A DNA stretch of 64,000 bases, taken from positions 6,354-70,353 of the forward strand of contig CAIMWV010000015.1 of NCBI GenBank assembly GCA_903845295.1, in the 5' to 3' direction. Shown here piece after piece: positions 52,933-62,019 of the stretch. This DNA is from Candidatus Staskawiczbacteria bacterium (GTDB lineage: Bacteria; Patescibacteriota; Minisyncoccia; Minisyncoccales; Staskawiczbacteraceae). Below the pieces are notes generated by a model that did not search any database, was not told the DNA's origin, and saw nothing but the letters and a program-made list of their open reading frames with translations. Made by a program: the position numbers and the translations under genes. How positions within the stretch are numbered: the first letter of the stretch is position 1; every line of letters starts with the position of its first letter.

Positions 52933-53577
52933 ATGAATGAACAAAAAAATAATGTACGCGTGTTATTTACGGTCAAAGCAAATTCTGGTCTTAATGACAT
53001 AATAAAAAAATTTGGCTTGGAAGAAACCATGGAAGAGTCTGTGAAAAGAATGCAAAAAGGAAAACTTGCAAAAATGGTTGTTATTGACCATTTATCCAAA
53101 GATTTTGCATTAGGGACTATATCAGAAAAAGATTTGGTCAGCTCTTTAAAAGATGATTTAGAAATTTCTCAACAAACAGCAGGGCAAATTTCAAAAGATA
53201 TTTTGACTAATATTATTCCTTTTTTGGAAAAGGTTCCCGAAGAAAAATTGAAGGACCCTGCTTTTGTGGAAGAACTTGTTAAAAAAGTTTTGGGAGAAAC
53301 AATGAAAGAAAAACCTTTGATTTCTAAAATAGAAACTCCCGGGCAAGAACCCTTCGGCACGGCTCAGGGCAAGAAAGATATAGATCTTTTTCCTAAAATT
53401 AAACCCGATGAAAATATTACCAAACCAACAGAAAAAAATACTTCAGTGCCAGAGAAAGAGCTGGGTGGAGGAACCGCACTTCAATCAAAAAAAATTAAAA
53501 AACCGCTTCCAAAAGAATCTGCGCCCCAAATAAAACAAACAAGGGGACCAGACAATTATCGCGAACCGATTGGGTAA
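52933..53577 (+). CDS. Hypothetical protein, 214 aa (contains an in-frame G+C-rich mini-element)
   Basis: ATG ORF. The segment EPFGTAQGK is encoded by 53350-53370. Confidence 0.55.
   Translation: MNEQKNNVRVLFTVKANSGLNDIIKKFGLEETMEESVKRMQKGKLAKMVVIDHLSKDFALGTISEKDLVSSLKDDLEISQQTAGQISKDILTNIIPFLEKVPEEKLKDPAFVEELVKKVLGETMKEKPLISKIETPGQEPFGTAQGKKDIDLFPKIKPDENITKPTEKNTSVPEKELGGGTALQSKKIKKPLPKESAPQIKQTRGPDNYREPIG
53350..53370. repeat. G+C-rich mini-element copy (inside 52933..53577, third reading frame)
   Basis: cccttcggcacggctcagggc. Confidence 0.6.
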
Positions 53578-53590
53578 AAAATTGCAATAG

Positions 53591-53624
53591 AAAATGGCAA
53601 ACACAATCGTGTTTGCCATTTTTG
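53591..53624. terminator. Bidirectional terminator shared by 52933..53577 and the SPFH gene
   Basis: aaa-atggcaaacac-aatc-gtgtttgccat-tttt, a perfect 11-bp stem. Confidence 0.7.
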
Positions 53625-53653
53625 ATTCCATTTGCTGGAACCCTTTCGCTCCC

Positions 53654-54808
53654 TTAGTTGGGCGTCCTCTTCAAGGGATCCCATTTAGGATATTTGCCAT
53701 TTCTGGCAAAGTGGTCCGCAGCAGCTTGCTCATACGGCGCTGGATCCACCGGCATATTGGATCTTCCTCGCTGACGAGGTCCTTGGCCGCCTTGCTGTCC
53801 GTCGCGATTTCCACCGCCGCGCTTGCCTTGACCGCCGACTAAGATGCCTGCGCCTCCGCCACCGCCGCCGACGACCGCAGTGGTTGCATTTTCGAGGCCG
53901 TGAACCTCTAGATTTTGACCTCCGGCCTTCAAATAAGCCCTCTTGGCCAATTCGTCCTGCTTCTTGGTAATTTGTTCCGGAGAAGCGCCAGGATGGGCCT
54001 TTTTCCAGGCTTCTAATGCCTGGTTTGTATCATCAAGCCGAGTGGCGCTTGCCGCTGCCTCATGTACGGCGGCCTCTTTTTCCTTCTGGGCCTTGTATGG
54101 TGCCAGTGTGGTGTCCCGCCATCCTGGCGGGGGATCAATGCTGGCCAGTTCCACTGACTCAACCTCAATCCCGTACGTATCCCTCAGCTCAACAATCACC
54201 GAGGGCTTTCCACTTTCGCGGGGGGCATTCATTGCCTCCCACAAACGCTGCCCGAACACTTTCACGGCGCTTCCCGCTGGCACATTCTGGCCAGTAATTT
54301 GCTCCCAAGAAACCTCCGTGAAAACTTGACGCAAAGCTGAGATGACTAGGGTGATCGTCGTGACGTACCAATCGCTGGCCACAAAGAAGGCCTTGGATGG
54401 ATCCGCCATCCGTGCATGCGTCGCGATCACCCCCGTCAAGGGCAACCCATGAGAATCCTCTTCATCCTTGAAGGGGATAGCATATGGGTATCTGGTGCTC
54501 TTAAAGCTGGTGATGTTGGAATCGTCATGATCCTCAACGGTGACGTCGCCGTCATCTTTCACCACACATTTTTTGAACACCATCTTCCTGGAGTAAAGAG
54601 TGTACACTCCTGGCCACCCCAGCCAGTGAAGACCGGGTCCGAGTGTTATGTGGTAGCAGCCCAGCCGCATTACCACCTTGTACCAACCCTGCTCCACCTT
54701 GGTCCAAAGGAAATTGCGCTTGGCAAGCCCGAGGACGGCATAGAAGCCAAGCAAAGCCACCAGCACGATTGCGGCCAGCGACACCAGAAACTCCTCAAAA
54801 AAGTCCAT
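53654..54808 (-). CDS. SPFH/band-7 (flotillin/prohibitin-like) membrane protein with Gly/Arg/Gln-rich tail; G+C-rich cassette 3
   Basis: 384 aa. ATG with GGAGG 6 nt upstream. N-terminal TM helix, a central region with an SPFH-like pattern, coiled coil KAQKEKEAAVHEAAA, tail GGGGGGAG...GKRGGGNRDGQQGGQGPRQRGR. Family call is from pattern memory only. Confidence 0.65.
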   Translation of the reverse strand: MDFFEEFLVSLAAIVLVALLGFYAVLGLAKRNFLWTKVEQGWYKVVMRLGCYHITLGPGLHWLGWPGVYTLYSRKMVFKKCVVKDDGDVTVEDHDDSNITSFKSTRYPYAIPFKDEEDSHGLPLTGVIATHARMADPSKAFFVASDWYVTTITLVISALRQVFTEVSWEQITGQNVPAGSAVKVFGQRLWEAMNAPRESGKPSVIVELRDTYGIEVESVELASIDPPPGWRDTTLAPYKAQKEKEAAVHEAAASATRLDDTNQALEAWKKAHPGASPEQITKKQDELAKRAYLKAGGQNLEVHGLENATTAVVGGGGGGAGILVGGQGKRGGGNRDGQQGGQGPRQRGRSNMPVDPAPYEQAAADHFARNGKYPKWDPLKRTPN

Positions 54809-54971
54809 GTTCCACCTCCAAAAAAAGAGTTAAGCTTCGAATCGTTGATGGTCTGCGCAGGACAATCCCGCGCTAAACCCGTCGCGTAGTAATTTCTGCT
54901 GAAAAAAATCTAGGCAAATCACTACGTGACAGGTTTAAAAGACCATTTTTCTCAATGTTCTTGTTATATAA

Positions 54972-55000
54972 AGCATAGCATATTATTTTAATCTTGTCAA
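54972..55000 (-). promoter_or_regulatory. Candidate promoter of cassette 3
   Basis: Minus strand TTGACA (55000-54995), 17 nt, TATGCT (54977-54972), with a roughly 160-nt structured leader. Confidence 0.45.
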
Positions 55001-55048
55001 GATTTAAGCTCTTAAATTACGGCTTCCAATTCTGTGCAATAACCCCTA

Positions 55049-55078
55049 TTGCCTATGCTTTTTTATACGTGATATAAT
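55049..55078 (+). promoter_or_regulatory. Candidate promoter of the PrgI/VirB4 operon
   Basis: TTGCCT, 18 nt, TGaTATAAT (extended -10). Confidence 0.4.
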
Positions 55079-55111
55079 AACAAAATAAGTATAATAAAAA
55101 ATTAACAGAAA

Positions 55112-55201
55112 AAGGTGTTCAGCGGAAATTAGACCAGCAATGTATAAGATATATCAAGGTCTAATTTCCGAAGCAAATCTGCTCGCCTCGCTCGCAGACC
55201 C
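55112..55201 (+). promoter_or_regulatory. Two-hairpin leader RNA motif, copy D (abuts GTG of the PrgI-like gene)
   Basis: cggaaattagacc-agcaatgtataagatatatcaa-ggtctaatttccg, then tctgc-tcgcctcgctc-gcaga, then ccc-GTG. Confidence 0.6.
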
Positions 55202-55609
55202 GTGGAACAATATCCTATACCACAATTTATTGAATCAGAGAGCAAAATTATTTCGTTCATGTCATTTAAACAATTTTTTTACCTTGTGGGAGCCGGGCTC
55301 ATCTGTTTTTTCCTGTATTTTATTTTGCCCCGCGTTCTTTTTTTTATAGTTAGCGCTATAATTTTTCTTGCTGCAATAGTACTCGCCTTCGGAACAATGG
55401 GCGGCACTCCCATACTAAATATAATTTTAGGATCGATTGGTTTTTCAATGGGCGGCAAAGATTATACATGGAAAAAGAAGGAATCCCCCTACCCTTTCAA
55501 ACCGATAAAAAGGACTCAGATTAAAAAAATAGAACAAGGCCCTGTTTTACAGGCCCAAACAAGCCAATTAAAAAGAACGCGCACTGCGATAGAAATGCGC
55601 ACTAAGTAA
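55202..55609 (+). CDS. PrgI/VirB3-like small membrane protein of a type IV secretion system
   Basis: 135 aa. MEQYPIPQFIESESKIISFMSFKQFFYLVGAGLI followed by two TM helices. Located two genes upstream of VirB4. Confidence 0.6.
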   Translation: MEQYPIPQFIESESKIISFMSFKQFFYLVGAGLICFFLYFILPRVLFFIVSAIIFLAAIVLAFGTMGGTPILNIILGSIGFSMGGKDYTWKKKESPYPFKPIKRTQIKKIEQGPVLQAQTSQLKRTRTAIEMRTK

Positions 55610-55627
55610 TTAAAAATTCATAACTAT

Positions 55628-56290
55628 ATGCCAGAATCAGCTACACAAGCATTTTTAGAAGTACAAGACATAAGAGAGGGAATTTTAATTTTAAAAAACA
55701 ACTCTATAAGAGGGATTTTAATGGTCTCTTCTATAAATTTTGCATTGAAATCGGAGGAAGAACAAACAGCCATAATTTTCGCTTTTCAAACTTTTTTAAA
55801 CTCTTTGGATTTTTTCTGCCAGATTGTAATTCAATCGAGAAACATAAACATTACTCCGTATTTAGACGGTTTGAAAGATTTAGAGGAAAAGCAAACTAAC
55901 GAATTATTAAGGAAACAAACATCATCATATAGAGAATTTATAAAAAATATGGTTGTGGGAGACACGGTCATGACAAAAAACTTTTATATTGTCATTCCTT
56001 ATAACCTTATGGAAATTTTCGGAATGAAAGGAGCGGCAAAACAGTTTGGCATTTTTAAAAAAGAATCCGGAGGGCAGCAGGGACAAGCTATGAAAGACGA
56101 TGAATTTCAAAGGGCCAAAACGCAGCTCTGGCAAAGGATGGAATATGCATCAATGGGTTTAAGAAGGTGCGGGTTGGAGGCCGTGCCTTTAACAACGCCG
56201 GAGCTTATCGAACTTTTCTGGTCCATACACCATCCGGATCAGGCAGAAGTTGGATACTATCCGGAGATATTGCCGGAATTGCTCAAATAA
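55628..56290 (+). CDS. Hypothetical T4SS-associated protein, 220 aa
   Basis: ATG ORF between the PrgI-like and VirB4 genes. No family recognised. Confidence 0.55.
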   Translation: MPESATQAFLEVQDIREGILILKNNSIRGILMVSSINFALKSEEEQTAIIFAFQTFLNSLDFFCQIVIQSRNINITPYLDGLKDLEEKQTNELLRKQTSSYREFIKNMVVGDTVMTKNFYIVIPYNLMEIFGMKGAAKQFGIFKKESGGQQGQAMKDDEFQRAKTQLWQRMEYASMGLRRCGLEAVPLTTPELIELFWSIHHPDQAEVGYYPEILPELLK

Positions 56291-56306
56291 TAATGAACTC
56301 CGTATC

Positions 56307-56406
56307 GTGAAGTTAGAATACAGAATAGAATACAGAATAAAGAACTCTGAATCCAATATTTAAAATTCTATTCAAAATACTATATACTAAATTCAAAATT
56401 ATATTT
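56307..56406 (+). repeat. AT-rich AGAAT-repeat upstream module, copy 2 (abuts virB4 ATG)
   Basis: gtgaagttagaatacagaatagaatacagaataaagaactctgaatccaatatttaaaattctattcaaaatactatatactaaattcaaaattatattt-ATG. Confidence 0.6.
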
Positions 56407-58209
56407 ATGCCATCATTTTTAAATAATCTTTTAGGCAAAAAACAAGAAGATCTGACAGAACAAATTTTTCAGGAAGAGGCTTTTGATGTAAGAGATATTA
56501 TAGCTCCGCCATATATCGGAGTAATGCAAGACCATATAAAATTGGGCGAAAGGTTTGCCAAGTCTTTTTTTGTTTTTTCTTATCCCCGATATTTAAATAC
56601 CGGCTGGTTCACGCCTGTCATTGATTTAAATACCCCCATGGATGTTTCATTCTTCATACACCCCGTCAGCAGCGAATTGATTTTAAAAAAATTAAGAAAA
56701 AAAGTTACGGAGGTTTCGTCAGAAATATTAGAAAGAGAAGAAAAGGGATTGATCAGAGATCCCGCCCTGGAAACTGCATATAAAGATATTGAAACCCTTA
56801 GGGACAACTTGATGACGGCCCAAGAAAAGATGTTCAGGCTGGGTATTTATATCACAGTCTATGAAACTTCTGAAAAAGAACTGCGCGATACAGAACTTAC
56901 TTTAAGGTCAATTTTTGAATCCAGGTTAATTTATATAAAACCTGCTCTATTTAAACAAAAAGAGGGATTTATTTCCTGCAATCCTTACGGTATGGACTTG
57001 CTAGAAGTCCATACTCCTATGGATACAGAACCCCTGTCAACTTGTTTCCCTTTCATCTGTTTTGATTTAAGCTCTAATGAAGGAATTTTATATGGCATAA
57101 ACAGGCACAATAATTCTTTGGTTTTATTTGACAGATTCAGCTTGGAAAATGCGAATATGGTGGTTTTTGCAAAATCCGGCGCAGGAAAATCCTTTGCTAT
57201 AAAATTAGAAATTTTAAGATATCTGATGCAGGGAGTCGATTGCATAATTATCGACCCGGAAAACGAATATGAATTTTTAGCGGATGCGGTGGGCGGTTCA
57301 TTTTTAAAAATTTCCTTGACTTCTCCAAACCATTTAAACCCTTTTGATTTACCCCTCCCCGGCCCCGATGATAATCCGGAAGATATTTTACGGTCTAATG
57401 TCATAAACCTGGTCGGGCTTTTAAGAATCATGCTGGGAGGATTAACGCCGGAAGAAGACAGTATTTTAGACGAAGCCCTTACGGAAACTTATGCCGTAAG
57501 GGATATCACCCCGCAATCAGACCCAAAAACCTGGGCAAACAGCACGCCTTTAATGTCTGACTTCCAGGAAATTTTAGAGAGCATGACCGGAACAGAATCT
57601 TTGGTTAATCGCATTAAAAAATTTACCAAAGGGACTTTTTCTGACTTCTTCAACCAGCAGTCAAATATTTCTATGGACAAAAGTTTTGTTGTTTTTGGGA
57701 TAAGAGACATGGAAGAATCTTTAAGGCCTATCGCACTGTACATTGTTATGAGATATATCTGGAATATGGTCAGGTCAAAATTAAAAAAAAGAATTCTGGT
57801 TATTGATGAGGCGTGGTGGCTGATGCAATCAGATGACGGAGCTTCATTCCTTTTTGGCTTGGTAAAAAGAGGCAGAAAATATTGGCTGGGGGTTACAACT
57901 ATTACTCAAGATGTGGGTGATTTTATGAAATCTGATTACGGCAAAGCAATTGTCACAAACTCATCCCTGCAGTTTTTAATGAAACAATCAACTGCTGATA
58001 TTGATTCCGTACAAAAAACTTTTACCTTGACGGAACAAGAAAAAAATCTATTGATTGAAGCGGCGGTCGGAGAAGGGTTATTTTTCGCCGGCAGAAAACA
58101 TGTATATCTGCAGGTGGTTGCCAGTCAGACAGAGAACCAAATAGTTACAACTAATCCTCAAGAAGTTGAACAAAATAGAGAGGAAAAAAGAAACTTAGGG
58201 TCTGTTTAA
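56407..58209 (+). CDS. virB4: VirB4/TraC/TrsE-family type IV secretion ATPase
   Basis: 600 aa. Walker A AKSGAGKSF, Walker B RILVIDEAWWLM. Size and motif order fit VirB4-type ATPases. Confidence 0.9.
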   Translation: MPSFLNNLLGKKQEDLTEQIFQEEAFDVRDIIAPPYIGVMQDHIKLGERFAKSFFVFSYPRYLNTGWFTPVIDLNTPMDVSFFIHPVSSELILKKLRKKVTEVSSEILEREEKGLIRDPALETAYKDIETLRDNLMTAQEKMFRLGIYITVYETSEKELRDTELTLRSIFESRLIYIKPALFKQKEGFISCNPYGMDLLEVHTPMDTEPLSTCFPFICFDLSSNEGILYGINRHNNSLVLFDRFSLENANMVVFAKSGAGKSFAIKLEILRYLMQGVDCIIIDPENEYEFLADAVGGSFLKISLTSPNHLNPFDLPLPGPDDNPEDILRSNVINLVGLLRIMLGGLTPEEDSILDEALTETYAVRDITPQSDPKTWANSTPLMSDFQEILESMTGTESLVNRIKKFTKGTFSDFFNQQSNISMDKSFVVFGIRDMEESLRPIALYIVMRYIWNMVRSKLKKRILVIDEAWWLMQSDDGASFLFGLVKRGRKYWLGVTTITQDVGDFMKSDYGKAIVTNSSLQFLMKQSTADIDSVQKTFTLTEQEKNLLIEAAVGEGLFFAGRKHVYLQVVASQTENQIVTTNPQEVEQNREEKRNLGSV

Positions 58210-58324
58210 GTTTAAATTTTTATAAAAAACGTAAATACTTGGTAAGGAGGCATCCCTGACTAAAAACCGAACTTTTGATTCTGAGGAATTAAATAAATTT
58301 TTTAATTAAGAAGGCAATAAAGCG

Positions 58325-61300
58325 ATGATCTTTTGCAAAAAACTTTTTTTCTTTATTTGTTTGAGCTGCGTTCTTTTGCTAAACGCCAGTTTTGTTTTAG
58401 CGCTCGAGGTTACTTATCCGACTATAAATATTTTTGGCCAAAGTTTTTCATTCAATAATGCCGATGCCACAAGCACTAATGCTCTTGGTAAATTCGTCTG
58501 CTATCTTTTCGGATTAGGAACGGATATAGCTGCTTTCATAGCTGTTGTTGTGATAGCTTGGGGCGGAATTTATTATCTGGTTTCTTATGGAAGGGGAAAA
58601 TTTACAGATGAAGGCAAAGATTGGATAAAAGCCGGAGTTTTAGGGCTTTTAATAGTTGTTTGTGCCTCTTTAATCGCTTATACAATTAATCCGGGCCTAA
58701 ATACTTGCAAGCTCGGAATTCTATCAGTAATCAACTTAACTTCTTCGGTTATTCCTCCTCCACCGCCGAACGTACCTATTACCACCTATAAAGAAATTCC
58801 TATCGGAACTTTAACTGAAGCTCTTTTAACTAGAACAATGGATTGTTATGGTTTTGACCAAAGCGGCAATCCTGTTGATGGAGACCAAGAATCAGACGAT
58901 GGAAAAAACGCGGCTCCAACATATTTAGACCACGACAGGGCAGATTGCCTGGCGCAATTAGTTGACGGCGCTCAAAAAAAATCTCAAATTATTGCCAGTT
59001 TATCAGATGAAATAACCAAATTAATGAATAAGTGCAATTGCCAGACCTATGGCAAATGTGAGAACAGCTGCGGAGGACAATGCGACCAACCAACAACTTG
59101 CCGTGAGCCCCCCGGTTATAAGTGTACCGGTGCATGTGTAGGTATTGCCTGCCAATCTCCGCCATTTTCAACAACCCCGCCGCCGCCGGATTGCTGTCCG
59201 ACAACTTCTGGAGTTATAGACCCAACAACGAATAAACCATTGATAGATCCAACGACAGGTAAAGAATTATCAGTTAAGGGGCAGATTGAACACGGTCCGA
59301 TAAGTGTGGCTATTGATCTTAATGCAGTAGCGGGTGGAGCCGGCGCTGTCACGCTACCACCTACTGCTGCCAGCAGAGAAACTGGCGGACCTTGTAAAAC
59401 TCAAACTGTAGATTATAAAGGATTAGAGGAGCTTAGGTCAGATTATAATAATAATTATGGCTCAATAAAAAATGCAGTTGAAACAACTGCTCGAATAAAT
59501 GGAAAACAAGTGACAATCATTAAAACCGGGAAATGCGGAACGTGTGATTCTACTGCTGCAGATTATGCAACTTGTAAAGATAAATTAGATAAATGCAAAA
59601 AAAACAGCGAATGGGGCAAATTAAAATTAATCGACCAGCTCGCATATTTAAAGGGTAAAATAGACAGTTGGGCAGATGACAGCAAAATTAAAGACGATAA
59701 ACAGGCATTAGACCGGGCGAAGTCTGAGCTAGGCAGCTGTTATTTAGCAATACCCTATATTGACCTTGCCCAAACTTATGAAATTACAAGACAACAAAAT
59801 AAAATTATTCTTAAAGACCCGGAAACATTTTCCGACCCCGTAACCAATAAGCCAATAGATGCATCAAAATATTGCCAGGGGTTCAATTATGATAAATCCA
59901 GCTGTTTTAAAAAATGCAATGACTTGTGCCCCGACACAAGCACCAAGGCGATGGCGTGTTATGCCGGCTGCACCGCTTGTCCTAGCAATTGTTCATCTTG
60001 TGATCCCAATGCAGCAGATTATAATGATTGCATAAACCAAAAACAGGCGTGCGAAAAAAATTTATCTAATTGCCGAAACAAACAAGAAAGATGCATAGAA
60101 AACTGTTATAATTCAAGGCCTTGCCCAAATACATCCGGCGATAACCCTCCTAAAACTTTCGGCGTAACTAAATGCAACCCCAATTCAGCCTGTCAAAGCG
60201 GACAAATTTGCAGTGATAACGGGACTGGCACTACTACTTGTGGTGGTGTTGTAAATAATGGCACCCCTTGTTCTCCGGGCGTAGACACAAGTTGTCCAGG
60301 CGGACAGACGTGCAATCCCAATACCAGCACTTGCGGGAGTGATAATTCTACAGATACTCCTCAAGACTGCATAAGCTCCTGCCAGAACAACTGCTCGGCT
60401 GACTGCTCTAAAAAATATTTGCCGTGTTCTGACGAATATAATTTTTGCCAAAACCAGTGTGAAAATAACGGACAATGTGTTTTAGACAATGCCTCAGATT
60501 GCCTGTTTAATACTGCTAAATTCCAGCAATGCGGGCAAGCGGCGAGCCAAGGTGTTGACCAAGGCAATATAAATTATTGCATTAATAATGCTTATCTGTG
60601 CAAAAACGGGTCTGATGAATATGCCGGCTACTCAGATTGCGTTGATTCGTCTATCAGCGGATGTCCGGCAAATAAATATTCCTCATCTTTTCTTTATGAC
60701 TCCTTTATTAATGATGCTCCGGGCTGTGAAAAATGCCCTTATCCATATGATTCACCCGAACCTGGCACTGCTTGTTACAGCAGTACGGCTAAACCTGGTG
60801 TTTCTTGTCTAAATCTGTGCCCTGAAACTACAAAATGCCCGGCCTCTTCTAAATGTCCCGACTGCTCATGCGACCAAATAGATCAAACCCTTAAATTTTC
60901 TGTACCTAATATATCAACTTCTGATGCGAGCGCAGGGCCGATTAACGCCGGCTATGAGGGTTATAGCACACAAACACAAAAAGTTTCTGCATATCAAATT
61001 GTAGGGCCCCAATGCAACGGATATTCTTATAATGACGACCCATTAACTTTTTATTGCGAAGATGTTGTATGGAATGACCCAGGCAGGGAAGGACTTGGCA
61101 AAACGCCGATAGGGGCAGAAAGAATTTGCTCTAAAGGACAAGATGTGCCGGTCGGACAAACGGTTGACGATGCCGAAAATTGGGCTGACGGATTGATTAA
61201 AAGTGCAGATAAAATGGACCAGGATATACAAAAAGTTCTCACCCAAGCTATAAATATAGGCAATGCTAAGAAGCAAACAAACGGAGTACAGGATTATTGC

Positions 61301-61996
61301 AAATGCGCTGCAAAATTTGATTTAAATTCTCCCCACCCGGCTCCCGAAGTTGCTGGCGGGCCAATCTGCAAAACCGGCTGCCAATACAGCGAAACTCATG
61401 TGCCCGAACAGACACAGGAGGTTCCCGATACAATGGATGATGAGGGAAATGTTATACTTGGATACACAATAACGATACTTGACCATTGGGAATGCGCTTG
61501 CACATTCACGCCTTGCAGCGGAAACCCGTGCCAGCAGATCACAGATTATATATCAATGCTTTGGAATGATTATAGACAACTAAAACTTGATTTTATAGAT
61601 TTTTATACGACTATGCTTGCAGAACCCAGAAGTGATATTATGAAGGAATTGACCTATTCAAGAAAAACAACCAATGATTGCAGTTTAGTAGGCAGCACAA
61701 ATGGTTTATTAAGCGAGAGGCTGTTAAATTGCACAAGGGTTGAAGATGAAATAATCTCTCCTATTAATACGAATAAAATGACAAAAGAAGAATTGGCCGC
61801 CCTTGTCCATATTGACCCCAGCCAAATAGGCATTCCCGGCAATAATACTTTAGACGGTTATTGTTATGGAAAAAAGATGGGCAAGGTTTTAATTCCATCG
61901 GTAGATTTAAATTTAACCGACAATTGGTTCTGCTGCCAGGAATATAGCAAAAACCCAACGACAAACAATAATCCTATCTATAATATACAAAAATAG
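58325..61996 (+). CDS. Giant cysteine-rich surface protein with N-terminal pilin-like module
   Basis: 1223 aa. Signal peptide, ALEVTYP motif, two hydrophobic helices (pilin-like), a PPPPP linker, then about 1000 aa densely populated with Cys (many CxxxC / CxC spacings). Confidence 0.75.
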   Translation: MIFCKKLFFFICLSCVLLLNASFVLALEVTYPTINIFGQSFSFNNADATSTNALGKFVCYLFGLGTDIAAFIAVVVIAWGGIYYLVSYGRGKFTDEGKDWIKAGVLGLLIVVCASLIAYTINPGLNTCKLGILSVINLTSSVIPPPPPNVPITTYKEIPIGTLTEALLTRTMDCYGFDQSGNPVDGDQESDDGKNAAPTYLDHDRADCLAQLVDGAQKKSQIIASLSDEITKLMNKCNCQTYGKCENSCGGQCDQPTTCREPPGYKCTGACVGIACQSPPFSTTPPPPDCCPTTSGVIDPTTNKPLIDPTTGKELSVKGQIEHGPISVAIDLNAVAGGAGAVTLPPTAASRETGGPCKTQTVDYKGLEELRSDYNNNYGSIKNAVETTARINGKQVTIIKTGKCGTCDSTAADYATCKDKLDKCKKNSEWGKLKLIDQLAYLKGKIDSWADDSKIKDDKQALDRAKSELGSCYLAIPYIDLAQTYEITRQQNKIILKDPETFSDPVTNKPIDASKYCQGFNYDKSSCFKKCNDLCPDTSTKAMACYAGCTACPSNCSSCDPNAADYNDCINQKQACEKNLSNCRNKQERCIENCYNSRPCPNTSGDNPPKTFGVTKCNPNSACQSGQICSDNGTGTTTCGGVVNNGTPCSPGVDTSCPGGQTCNPNTSTCGSDNSTDTPQDCISSCQNNCSADCSKKYLPCSDEYNFCQNQCENNGQCVLDNASDCLFNTAKFQQCGQAASQGVDQGNINYCINNAYLCKNGSDEYAGYSDCVDSSISGCPANKYSSSFLYDSFINDAPGCEKCPYPYDSPEPGTACYSSTAKPGVSCLNLCPETTKCPASSKCPDCSCDQIDQTLKFSVPNISTSDASAGPINAGYEGYSTQTQKVSAYQIVGPQCNGYSYNDDPLTFYCEDVVWNDPGREGLGKTPIGAERICSKGQDVPVGQTVDDAENWADGLIKSADKMDQDIQKVLTQAINIGNAKKQTNGVQDYCKCAAKFDLNSPHPAPEVAGGPICKTGCQYSETHVPEQTQEVPDTMDDEGNVILGYTITILDHWECACTFTPCSGNPCQQITDYISMLWNDYRQLKLDFIDFYTTMLAEPRSDIMKELTYSRKTTNDCSLVGSTNGLLSERLLNCTRVEDEIISPINTNKMTKEELAALVHIDPSQIGIPGNNTLDGYCYGKKMGKVLIPSVDLNLTDNWFCCQEYSKNPTTNNNPIYNIQK

Positions 61997-62019
61997 TTTT
62001 TAAATAATAAAAAAAAGAT

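Noticed and set aside
53594-54889. Plus-strand ORFs 53594..53842, 53943..54329, 54016..54297, 54416..54889 and 54643..54876 antisense to the SPFH gene
   Set aside because: These are shadow ORFs in G+C-rich DNA without initiation signals. The minus-strand 384-aa frame has an SD, a promoter and a coherent domain structure.
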